Below, one piece after another: positions 52,295-61,446 of a stretch of DNA of 64,000 bases. Both the position numbers and the translations under genes were made by a program. Source of the stretch: a virus. The DNA lies in IMG/VR virus record IMGVR_UViG_3300008261_001864, positions 1 to 64,000 of that record; one strand, 5' to 3'. The notes under the pieces are model-generated. The model had not been told where the DNA came from, did no database searches, and saw only the letters and a list, made by a program, of their open reading frames with translations. Positions within the stretch are counted from its first letter, which is position 1. Every line of letters begins with the position of its first letter.

Positions 52295-52507
52295 CTAACT
52301 CCCGTACTTCAACTTTTCGAGTTTCCGCTGTAGCCGAGCAGCCTCAGATTCAGCGAGCGACTTTGAGACAAGGGCAATATCACGCAGCTTTGCGAAGATC
52401 GGCAACTCCTCACGGTACTGCCATTGTGGCTGCCCAGCGGGTTGTTCCTCCGCAGGGGGTTGTTCCTCCGCAGGGGTGGTCGCTTCATCCTTGGGGGTGT
52501 CCGTCAT
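52295..52507 (-). CDS. Small hypothetical protein with PAEEQP tandem repeat
   Basis: 70 aa; 18-bp duplication at about 52440-52475; C-terminal coiled coil. Confidence 0.68.
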   Translation of the reverse strand: MTDTPKDEATTPAEEQPPAEEQPAGQPQWQYREELPIFAKLRDIALVSKSLAESEAARLQRKLEKLKYGS

Positions 52508-52516
52508 GCGCGTCTC

Positions 52517-55500
52517 CTACATGGAAGCCAGTTTGGTGAGGTTCTTCATCTGCTCGTCGAGGTCGGATAATCGCTTGGCCGCATAGCGATCCACCAGGTA
52601 AAGCAGACCTGTCTGGACGTTCACCCGTCCGTCGATCCAGATGAACCGCTTGTTGTATAGCTGGTCGCGGTCTTGGAGGATGAGGCTTATTTTGGTGGCC
52701 GGTCCCGTGGGACTCGCCAAGTAACCCTGCCGATCCGATAGGGCGTTGGAGCGGTTGGAGACGTCATCGCCCATCAACCTGTTGACGTAGGTGAAGGCGG
52801 CGTCGGGACCCGCCACGACAGAGGTTTGGTCAAGCAGGGCTGTCCATGTGTTGGCTGCGGCCCCCCAATCCTGTGAGGCGTGCAGGACGCCAAGAAGGTC
52901 CCGCAGGCTGCTCACCGAGAGGCCGAACACGTTGACGAGACGGTAGGTGACGTTACCCGCCGTAGGAAACGGAACGTCACACGTTAGGGTCTGGGGGGTA
53001 ACTGCCGTGACAGCATAGACGCCACGGTTGTCGCCACTCTCGACGTACACGAAACAGCCGACGGCGATGTTGGCGGCCTCAAAGTCGAACGAGGCATCGG
53101 TGAGGTCGGAGCCGTTGACCGCGCCCGTGCGCGTGGTTGTCGTGAGAAGGTCGGTGAGAATACCGTCCGTGCCCTTGGCGGGGTTGCCGTCAAGGAACCG
53201 CTGGATCGCCAACACCTCGGAATCCACACCGCCAGCGGGGCTGTTGTTGGTGAGGACAAACGGCTTGACCTTGTTGGCGGCGATCTTGGGGGCGACCCAC
53301 AACTGCGAAGTCGAGAGGTGGTTGGAGACGCGGAACGTGCAAGTGCTGGGGGTGCCAATAAACGACACGGGGTAGTCAAGGGTTGCCGTCGTCGAGTTAG
53401 GCTTAGTGACGATCTGCCTCCGCTTCCCAGCGTTGACGTGAGTGGGGTCGGTAAAGATGACGGTGTGGCCTATGGCGGCCGATGCCAAGGCTGCCCCCGA
53501 GATCAAAGTAGAAGAAGAAATCGTGCAGGTCCCAGAGGCAACGTTCGGGGCGCTGGTGATGAGAACAGTCTCGGCACCGCTGGTGGTGGGAAAGGGAGGG
53601 TCCACCGTTAGCGTTGTCGCGGTGAGGGCGGTGATGAGTCGCCACCCAGCCCCCGCATTGGGGCCGGTCATGAACCGAACGATGTCGTACTGCTGGGGGG
53701 CTGGCGTCCCAAACCCTCCCGTGCGAGTCAGGGAGTTCGTGAAGTTCAATGCAACACCTGGGATGGTGTTGGTGGTTGTGGTGGAGATGGCGAGGGTTTG
53801 AACGGCGGCGTACTCCTCGTCAACGTAGGTCTGCTCACACTCGAAGGTGCGGGTCTGGATAGGCAGGCCCATGTCGTTGATGTCCGACTCGGCCAGACCG
53901 TCGAGGGCGGGAAGCCTGTAGGGTTCCGTCCGCTTGTTGACGAGATACACCGACTTGCACTCGACGAACTCGTTGGTGAGCGGAGGATCGTTGAAGTAAA
54001 AAAAGTTGTTGGAGTACAGCAGGGTCCCTGTGGCCTTTACGAGGGACGCCTCGAACTGCTTTTGGAACACGGTGTCGGTGGGGTCCAGCGAGATGGTGGC
54101 CCCTCGGGGGATGGCCGTCGTCACCGCTGGGGTGACGGTCAGCGCCGTGCCCGTCGGATCGACCGTCACCGTCCCTGTGTAGGTGGGGAGCGCGGTCCCG
54201 AGGACGGTCACGAGAACCTTCATGTCCTTCTTAAAGCCGGGCCGGAAAAACACGCTGGTCCCTGTGGCGTTATCGACGGGGATCGTTGTCGCACCCGCAG
54301 GGACGTAAGCGGTGATGAGGGCGCGTGGAAACCGCCTGTAGTAGGACTCAACCAACGAGTCGATGTCGGACGTCCCGAAACTCAGGATAGGGTCGCCGTC
54401 CTTGATGTCTGCGGTGTCGGAACCTGCAAACGTGGCGTTGAAGATGTGGTCCTTGTAGGTCGGGTACAGGCGCGAGACGGTGCTGGGCAGGTACATCTTG
54501 GTGTATCGCGGCGTTTCCACCCACCAGATGAACCCGCCGATGACCCACTCTTTTTTGTAGAATAACTGATCGTCGATGTCGTTCGTGACGTCGGCGTAAA
54601 GGTCACGCGGGGGGTTGTCCACCTTGCCGTCAAAGCGAAACCGTCCGCTGTCCGCACCGACGAGCCGACCGTCGAAACTCTGTATGGCATCCTCAAGGTG
54701 GTTGATGCTGTCGTTGGAATACTTGAGGAACCGGCGAGCCACGAGGTCCATGTTGGAGGTGTGGGCCTCTTTGTAGAAGATGGACTCGCGCCCTTGCCCT
54801 GGCAGCCCTGGGCTGCTGGGCGCGTTTTCGGTGCGGGGGCCATAGCTGGGGGCTGATCCCTGCGCCTGTGCGGCGAAGTACGCGGTGACCTCACCACGGA
54901 AGTTCGTGAGGGTTTCAACACGGAAGTAGAAGGTGTCGGCGCTCCAGATGGTGTACTCCATCTTGAGTACCTGTCCCAGCATCCCGTTGGGTTCTTCGTC
55001 CGACGTCGTGTTCGGAACGATGCCGTGCGTGTAGGTGTACTTGAGACGGCTGGCGGGCTTCACCGACACGTTGCCCAGGTAGCAGATGCCCACCTCGTCG
55101 GCCCCTGACAGGGGCGGGTCAAAGTTGACGATGCCCGCGCTGTCGATCCCGTAACTGACAAACTGACCAATCTTCCCGCTCGCCTTTCGGAAGATACCGT
55201 AGGGCTGAGACAACACGGGAGGCAGCAGCGTAGCGGCCCGTGTGTCACCGTCCTCACGGATGGTTCGGATGGATCGCTTCAAGATGGCTGTGGCAGGAGC
55301 GTACTGACGTTGAGCGTTGCTGGTAAGCTGTACCTCGGTCCACCCATTGAGGAACTTGGTCCCCACCACAAGGTAGTAGTCAGAGAATGTGTGGGTCCCG
55401 TCGGTGAACAGCAGGACGATGCCTGGGACGTAAACGGACGTCTGATCCCCGTACACCTTGATGCGGTTCATGCCCCGAGGGATGACCTGATAGGGATTGT

Positions 55501-58500
55501 CCTCGGTGGTGAAGAAGTAGTCCGTGAACGGGGTTCCGTCGGGCGGCGTGGACGATAGGAACAGGGGTGGGTCGGATGCCTCGTTGACGATTACCTGCCC
55601 TGCCGCCAAGGACACAAGGGTTCGGTTGGTGGTGCCAGGTGCCGGGTACGTCGCGCCCGCGATCTGATAGACATTCTGGGTGCCCACACGCAACAAAGAG
55701 CCGGTGGGCAGCTTGCTAGTCTGGTTGCCTGCCAACGTGAACGTCGAGGTGTCCTCGGTAAGGATGACCTTCTCGACGTAGAGGGGATACAGGAGGGTGA
55801 CGGACTGCTCACCTCCAATCGCCTCGTACACGTTGTAGTCGATCTGGAGTAGTTCCGAAGGGCCAACAATGGCCCCGTGGGGCACGGCGTCCGTGGTGGG
55901 CTTCAAGTCGGGCTGGAAAGTCATCGAGGACGACGACGTAGTGACCACCACCTTCGCGGGCGTCTGCGGGCGACCCCCACGATAGACTTTGGGGGGAGGG
56001 TAGGCGGCGACCGTGCGACCATTGGGATTGAACGAGAAGGTGGTACCGGGCTCCGAACGGGGTGGGAGCCTCTCTCGACTGATTCCGAACGTCACCCGCT
56101 CTGTCGTGACGGGGAGTTGGTTGCCACTCTGGTCAAGGGGGATGTAGGTGACGATAGCCTCCTCACCCGCCGCAAACCTCTCGGTGAACTCAATGAACCC
56201 AAGGGGCGGCTGGAGGCTGTAGTCGGTACCGGGCGTCTGCGTCACGCAGGCATACACCTTCGGAGGGGTGCCCGAAGGGATGTCGGCCGCGCTAAAGTTC
56301 AAGTTCCCCGTCGCAGCACTCACCTGCACGGTGCCCGTGGTGAGTGTGGTGGAGAAATCGTTGTCGGTCGGAACAGCCGTCGTCGAGCCTATCTGGGTGT
56401 AGTTGTTCTGCCCGACTCGGAAGCGAGTATTGGGAGCATCCACGACGTCGAGACGCAGGCGGCGATAGATGAGGTAAGCCCTCGGGGTGCTGGAGTTGTC
56501 CACCGGGCTACCGAGAAACGACAAGAAATCGGTACCTACGGACGACACCACATAGCTTCCGATGTCGGGTCCCGTGCTGATGTAAAGGGTGTCCCCTGCC
56601 GTGACGCCTATAGCGATGAAGTCTCGGGTGGTGTCTTGGAGGGACCCGTCGGGGGAGACGATCCCGTAGGCGTTGGCCGACTGAGGGATGATGTCGGTCT
56701 GGTTCTGGATGAATCCCAACTCGCGGATGCGTTCGACCCTCGTGATGGGATCGGGAAAGCTGATGGGCTGCCAGTAGCGGTCAGCCATGACCTCGGGGGA
56801 GCGGCGAATCTCGTACTCGACGTTGGTAGCGTTGATGAAGTCACCGAGGTCGATGTCTGTGAGGAGCGGGGTGACGATAGACCCCGCACTCAACCGATAG
56901 ATGCCCTTCGCTGGCCCTCCCTTGACCACCAAGACGTCATTAGACTCGACTTGAAAGGTGGCCGAGTCGGGGTCCCAGAAGTTGCCGTTGTCGAGGATGC
57001 CGGTGGTGCCCTGCGCGACCACCTTGCCGACCGTGTTGACGAGAGTGACGACGCCTGGTACACGGTCCAGCAGATAGTCCACACCCTCTGTAAGGTCATT
57101 GAACAGGTTGGAGGACGGCGCAGACTCTAGGGCGAACTTGTTGTTGGCCCCGAGAATCAAAGGGTTGGGGAGCGGGAACGTGCCGTTCGGCTTGGTGAAG
57201 GTGAGGAACTGGTCCTTCTTACGGTTGGCAAACTTGAGTTGCCCATCCTCGTAGGAGAGGACGTACCCGAGGCCCGACGGAGGATCGCCGCTGTCGGCGG
57301 TAAGGTTGGTGAGGTTGCCCGTAAAAGTGCCCGTGCCTTGTTCCACAAAGACCTTGATGGGGAATCTGATCCCCTCGACAGGTAGCGCGGGCAGGGAGAC
57401 AAACGGGGTCTGTCCGATGGGGTCTGCCAGCACGGCTGCGTAGTCGCCGTACTGCTTCCAGTATGAGGTCAGATCGAACTGGTCGGGGTTTGACCCTGAT
57501 AGGTTGAGGAAGTTGCGAAAGAAACGGAGGCCCACACCGTTCTCAAGCAACAAGTCGCCAAACACCACTTGGACGGAGTGGCTGATAGTCCACGCCGAGA
57601 ACTGCACCTGCCCGACGTCGTTGACCTGCACGGTCCCAGAGGCTTGGAGGGCCGCAGCACCAAAGGACTCCACCCGCTCCACGGTAGGGAACTGGTAGCC
57701 GTCATCCTGTACGAAGATGAGGTCGCCACCCCGATCAGGCGCTCCCACAATCGCATTGGGGGCCGAGGTGGTGCCGAGGTCCTGACGGGGCAGTTGTTTG
57801 CCGTACTCGATGAAAACGCCGTCGTAGTATATCTTGGAAGCCGCCAAGGCATCCGTGTACGAGAGCCTGATGAGGCCCGTTGCCCTCGACCATTGGAAGG
57901 CCCCTGGCAGAGGCATCGTGAAAGCGGTTTCATCCGCGACCTCCGTGGGGGTCAACCAGACCCCGTGATCGAGGCGAACGACAGGGCTTTGTCCCGTGGC
58001 GGGTAACGGGCTGAGAATGATGCCCTTCGCAAAATACTCCTCTGTCGTCCCGATCTGTCCGTCGCTCTGGTCGGGGGTGAAGAACGCCTGACGTTGCCAC
58101 CGCAGAGTTTGACCTTCCCATGCGGTGAGGTCCGACGGGTTCCAGTTCAACTCACCCGTTGACCGCAGCATCTCGACGGTGCCCGAGGCAGGCGACCCGA
58201 ACGCGCTTACGATGACGACGCCGATGGTGGTGCCACCCCCAATGGCCCCGTAGGACAAACGGTAGGGAGCCGCAGGCAGCCCCTCAATCGGCACGGGAAG
58301 ATGCAGACGCGGAGAGTCATTGAGGGTGGCTTGAACAACGCCGATGACCTCTACGGGACCCCCCGGCAGCAGCTTGAAGGCTTGGGTGGTGTTGTCGTAG
58401 GTGAAGCGGTCGAAGGGTTGCGTGGTGGTTCCTTCGTTCTTGGACCACGCAAACTTGGCCTCGACGAGCGACTGCCCTCTGGGGACGCCGCCCAATAGGG

Positions 58501-58684
58501 GCGGGGGGTGAGGCACCACCGTCACGAAGTAGTCCACTCGGGGGACGTTTTCGGACCCATCCGTAAAGTGCGCGTTGTAGGCCGTGGCGTTCAAGATCGC
58601 CGTCTTGGGCGTGAACGTAAACGGGGAGTTAGCCGCCCCGATGCGGGCTGGCTCGACGACGTAGCCCTTGACCGACATTCCCAT
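52517..58684 (-). CDS. Giant (2055 aa) baseplate/tail structural protein
   Basis: Beta-rich, with repeated G..L.D...DF....V..GD.L....G.N.G.Y modules and G.LN(F/W) repeats. Confidence 0.75.
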   Translation of the reverse strand: MGMSVKGYVVEPARIGAANSPFTFTPKTAILNATAYNAHFTDGSENVPRVDYFVTVVPHPPPLLGGVPRGQSLVEAKFAWSKNEGTTTQPFDRFTYDNTTQAFKLLPGGPVEVIGVVQATLNDSPRLHLPVPIEGLPAAPYRLSYGAIGGGTTIGVVIVSAFGSPASGTVEMLRSTGELNWNPSDLTAWEGQTLRWQRQAFFTPDQSDGQIGTTEEYFAKGIILSPLPATGQSPVVRLDHGVWLTPTEVADETAFTMPLPGAFQWSRATGLIRLSYTDALAASKIYYDGVFIEYGKQLPRQDLGTTSAPNAIVGAPDRGGDLIFVQDDGYQFPTVERVESFGAAALQASGTVQVNDVGQVQFSAWTISHSVQVVFGDLLLENGVGLRFFRNFLNLSGSNPDQFDLTSYWKQYGDYAAVLADPIGQTPFVSLPALPVEGIRFPIKVFVEQGTGTFTGNLTNLTADSGDPPSGLGYVLSYEDGQLKFANRKKDQFLTFTKPNGTFPLPNPLILGANNKFALESAPSSNLFNDLTEGVDYLLDRVPGVVTLVNTVGKVVAQGTTGILDNGNFWDPDSATFQVESNDVLVVKGGPAKGIYRLSAGSIVTPLLTDIDLGDFINATNVEYEIRRSPEVMADRYWQPISFPDPITRVERIRELGFIQNQTDIIPQSANAYGIVSPDGSLQDTTRDFIAIGVTAGDTLYISTGPDIGSYVVSSVGTDFLSFLGSPVDNSSTPRAYLIYRRLRLDVVDAPNTRFRVGQNNYTQIGSTTAVPTDNDFSTTLTTGTVQVSAATGNLNFSAADIPSGTPPKVYACVTQTPGTDYSLQPPLGFIEFTERFAAGEEAIVTYIPLDQSGNQLPVTTERVTFGISRERLPPRSEPGTTFSFNPNGRTVAAYPPPKVYRGGRPQTPAKVVVTTSSSSMTFQPDLKPTTDAVPHGAIVGPSELLQIDYNVYEAIGGEQSVTLLYPLYVEKVILTEDTSTFTLAGNQTSKLPTGSLLRVGTQNVYQIAGATYPAPGTTNRTLVSLAAGQVIVNEASDPPLFLSSTPPDGTPFTDYFFTTEDNPYQVIPRGMNRIKVYGDQTSVYVPGIVLLFTDGTHTFSDYYLVVGTKFLNGWTEVQLTSNAQRQYAPATAILKRSIRTIREDGDTRAATLLPPVLSQPYGIFRKASGKIGQFVSYGIDSAGIVNFDPPLSGADEVGICYLGNVSVKPASRLKYTYTHGIVPNTTSDEEPNGMLGQVLKMEYTIWSADTFYFRVETLTNFRGEVTAYFAAQAQGSAPSYGPRTENAPSSPGLPGQGRESIFYKEAHTSNMDLVARRFLKYSNDSINHLEDAIQSFDGRLVGADSGRFRFDGKVDNPPRDLYADVTNDIDDQLFYKKEWVIGGFIWWVETPRYTKMYLPSTVSRLYPTYKDHIFNATFAGSDTADIKDGDPILSFGTSDIDSLVESYYRRFPRALITAYVPAGATTIPVDNATGTSVFFRPGFKKDMKVLVTVLGTALPTYTGTVTVDPTGTALTVTPAVTTAIPRGATISLDPTDTVFQKQFEASLVKATGTLLYSNNFFYFNDPPLTNEFVECKSVYLVNKRTEPYRLPALDGLAESDINDMGLPIQTRTFECEQTYVDEEYAAVQTLAISTTTTNTIPGVALNFTNSLTRTGGFGTPAPQQYDIVRFMTGPNAGAGWRLITALTATTLTVDPPFPTTSGAETVLITSAPNVASGTCTISSSTLISGAALASAAIGHTVIFTDPTHVNAGKRRQIVTKPNSTTATLDYPVSFIGTPSTCTFRVSNHLSTSQLWVAPKIAANKVKPFVLTNNSPAGGVDSEVLAIQRFLDGNPAKGTDGILTDLLTTTTRTGAVNGSDLTDASFDFEAANIAVGCFVYVESGDNRGVYAVTAVTPQTLTCDVPFPTAGNVTYRLVNVFGLSVSSLRDLLGVLHASQDWGAAANTWTALLDQTSVVAGPDAAFTYVNRLMGDDVSNRSNALSDRQGYLASPTGPATKISLILQDRDQLYNKRFIWIDGRVNVQTGLLYLVDRYAAKRLSDLDEQMKNLTKLASM

Positions 58685-58693
58685 CCGACAACC

Positions 58694-59266
58694 TCATATG
58701 ATCTTGCCCACACCCACCCCGGAGGACGGGGAAGGTGCAGGCGCTCCCACAATAGGGACCGGGATAGTGAATCCTGCAAAGGCTATGTCGAGGCCCATCC
58801 CAATCGCCGTGGCGAGTTGAGCCACCGAAGTCCCTGTCATGCCCGCTGCCGCAAAACCCGCCAGCATCGACGGTACCGAAGAAGGCCCTGGGAAAGAAGC
58901 CACCCCTGTGCCGACCCCAACCGTGGGATGCACGGTTGTTATCATGCCCTGCAAGAAAGCGAGCGAGAGGCCGTTTGCAAGAGCGGCTATTAGCTGGGGG
59001 GCCGATGTGCCCGCCATGTTCATGCCCGCAAACCCCGTGGTAAGGCCCGCCAGCAATAGGGGCTGGGGGATCGCACAAGGGAATAGCCCCGCACCAACCC
59101 CAAGGGTGCCGACATCTACGGTTGTGACGACAAGGGTACTGGATGTCCACAGGTTGACGCCTGTGCCCACCCCGAGGGAGAGTTGTGGCAACCCAACGCC
59201 CGTAAAGGCGACCCCCGCAAAAGACGCAGCCAGCGTACCTGCTATGGTGGGGGGTGTAAGTGGCAT
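58694..59266 (-). CDS. Hydrophobic three-repeat protein; putative spike-tip
   Basis: Start overlaps the spike gene stop; three ~60-aa repeats; almost no charged residues. Confidence 0.55.
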   Translation of the reverse strand: MPLTPPTIAGTLAASFAGVAFTGVGLPQLSLGVGTGVNLWTSSTLVVTTVDVGTLGVGAGLFPCAIPQPLLLAGLTTGFAGMNMAGTSAPQLIAALANGLSLAFLQGMITTVHPTVGVGTGVASFPGPSSVPSMLAGFAAAGMTGTSVAQLATAIGMGLDIAFAGFTIPVPIVGAPAPSPSSGVGVGKII

Positions 59267-61446
59267 CAGATCGACCTTACACCAGCACTCCCAAGAAGCG
59301 GTAGCCCTGTGATGTAGTCGAGGGTCGGAGTCCCAGGGGGCAGCGAGGGCGTTGCCCGCACCACACCAAGAACTGCTGTGGCCGCGCCTCCCAGCATGAT
59401 GTTTGGGGAGGAGAGGTCAATACCCGCAGGACTCACGATGGTCACCAAGGCACCCGCTGTGACGCTGACCGCCGCCGCCGCCGTCAACGAGTATGCTGCA
59501 CCAGACGAGACGGTGAAGGCCGCGCCAGAAGTTTGAGTGATGGATGCACCCGAAGATTCCGTGATGGCCGCCGTTGCCGTTGTGGAGATCGTGCCGTTGA
59601 CGGTGACTGTCTTGGACCCTGCCGCGAGCGACTCGACGACAGGCCCAGCGATGACGTTCTTGAACTCCCCTCCCGAGATGATGGTTTCGTTCTTGTCTTG
59701 GGCATACGTCAGATAGGTCATACCATTGATGTTGACGTTACACCCGCCCGCGTTCATCGAGTAGCCGCTGATCGCCGTTTGGCTGATCTTGTCGGCCCGA
59801 GTGGTCGCCGCACCGTTGGAGGCGACGATGAAAGAACCACCCGTCTGGAGGTAGGTGTCGCCCGCCGACATCATGGTGTGCTTGCCCGAGACATCCGTGG
59901 ACAGGCTGTTACCCTGCGCGTCGGCGGCTCCGACATACCTGTTCTTCACAGGGCCGCGATACACGATGTCGAGAGAGTTCCCTGTGTCGGTGTTGCGACC
60001 AATCTCAGCCTTGATGCCGCCCTCCAGCTTGGCGAAAAGGCTCGTGTTGGAAGGAGAGGCCGCGCCGACAAAGAGTTTCAAGGCTCCCAGCAGGTTGAGG
60101 TCCGCAGACACTCCCTTCACACTGTCGCCGTAGGCGTCGTTGGAAGGCTTCGGCACCTGCATGAGCAGCTTGCCCTGCTTTTGAACAGCGACCGCGAACG
60201 GTACGTCGTCGGCTGTCGTAAAGACGGGGTTGATGCGGAACAGGAAGGCGGCTGCCGAGGTCTTGGCATCGAGGTCCGAACTGTTGCGATTGATAGTCTC
60301 AAGGGTGAACTTGCCTGGCGTCAACGCCTTACCCATCCCCCATAGCTGGGGGCGTAGGATTTGCCCGTACTGCTTGATGCCTAGCGTCGAGTAGGGATCG
60401 TTGCCGATCACCGTCCCCATGACGTGTTCGATGTAGGTCATTCTCGGGTTGGGGCAGAACCCGTCGATCTCCGTGTGGACCTCTTGGACGAGTTCGGTGT
60501 CGTGGGCGATCTCGGTACGGACCTCCGTGAAAGCGGCACCGGCACCCTCATCCGGCTTCGCCTCGATGCCAGCCTCCGAGGAGGTGGACGGGTAAAAGAC
60601 GGTCTTGCCGTTCGAGTAGGTGACGGGAGGGAAGTCCGTGGCGTTGTTGAACTGCTCCAACAGCACACCGCTCGGTGACGCAAACTTGTAATCGCCTCCG
60701 ACGGGACCTGGGCCGAGGTTCTGGTAGTCATCACGGCCATAGTACCCAGCGGCCTCGTCCTTCAAGGTCTTGGTCGAACCATCGGCTGTGACCACCTCGC
60801 GGGGTATCCAGAACACCTGTCGGCGTACCGGCCCCGAGTAACGCTTGACGCCTGCCTCGTTGTCGAACCGATGGATGGCTTGCGTGACGAGAGTGCGTTC
60901 CTCGTCCCTGAGTTCAATGAGGTCGCCTGCCCTGTTGACAAGGTTGACGCTGCGGTTCAACCACATCTCTGCGCCGCTCGACGACATACCGCCGACGTCA
61001 CCAGGCTGCATCTTGAACCGCTTGTACCGTACAGGACCACCGACATAGTTCCGATAGTCGGCCTTGTCCTCCTCGTCGATGTCGTTGGGGTCGCTGGCTG
61101 CAAAGGGATCGTACCGTAGCCCCTGCCGGTTTCCTGTCGGCAGGTACCCAAGGATGGTGGCCTCCGCGATGTTGTGCTTGGGCGACACCATTCGGTAGCC
61201 CACCATCACGAACGAGCCTACCTCGGGGATACCTCCCCAGAAGCTACGAGGCCCGCACATGGCCTGCGACAACTCCACCTCCATCCGATAGCCGCTGCCC
61301 GTGATGATCTTGACGTCCACCTTCATGTTGACTTCATCGACCCTCTGGACCACCCCAACACGGAAGCCGTGTGAGGTGCCGTGGTTGTCGATGAAGTCCT
61401 CGTTGACGGCGAAGTTGTCGGGGTACTTGGAGACGTAGTGGATCAT
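59266..61446 (-). CDS. Baseplate central spike (gpV/gp5-like)
   Basis: N-terminal OB fold (GVVQRVD...VDVKI...GIPEVGSFVMVGY) and C-terminal 8-residue beta-helix repeats (ITESSGAS ITQTSGAA FTVSSGAA). Confidence 0.85.
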   Translation of the reverse strand: MIHYVSKYPDNFAVNEDFIDNHGTSHGFRVGVVQRVDEVNMKVDVKIITGSGYRMEVELSQAMCGPRSFWGGIPEVGSFVMVGYRMVSPKHNIAEATILGYLPTGNRQGLRYDPFAASDPNDIDEEDKADYRNYVGGPVRYKRFKMQPGDVGGMSSSGAEMWLNRSVNLVNRAGDLIELRDEERTLVTQAIHRFDNEAGVKRYSGPVRRQVFWIPREVVTADGSTKTLKDEAAGYYGRDDYQNLGPGPVGGDYKFASPSGVLLEQFNNATDFPPVTYSNGKTVFYPSTSSEAGIEAKPDEGAGAAFTEVRTEIAHDTELVQEVHTEIDGFCPNPRMTYIEHVMGTVIGNDPYSTLGIKQYGQILRPQLWGMGKALTPGKFTLETINRNSSDLDAKTSAAAFLFRINPVFTTADDVPFAVAVQKQGKLLMQVPKPSNDAYGDSVKGVSADLNLLGALKLFVGAASPSNTSLFAKLEGGIKAEIGRNTDTGNSLDIVYRGPVKNRYVGAADAQGNSLSTDVSGKHTMMSAGDTYLQTGGSFIVASNGAATTRADKISQTAISGYSMNAGGCNVNINGMTYLTYAQDKNETIISGGEFKNVIAGPVVESLAAGSKTVTVNGTISTTATAAITESSGASITQTSGAAFTVSSGAAYSLTAAAAVSVTAGALVTIVSPAGIDLSSPNIMLGGAATAVLGVVRATPSLPPGTPTLDYITGLPLLGSAGVRSI

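Noticed and set aside
59267-59285. GGTGTAAGG near the spike-tip start (also at about 22575)
   Set aside because: Lacks the AGGGG half and the A-tract; explained by GVR codons.
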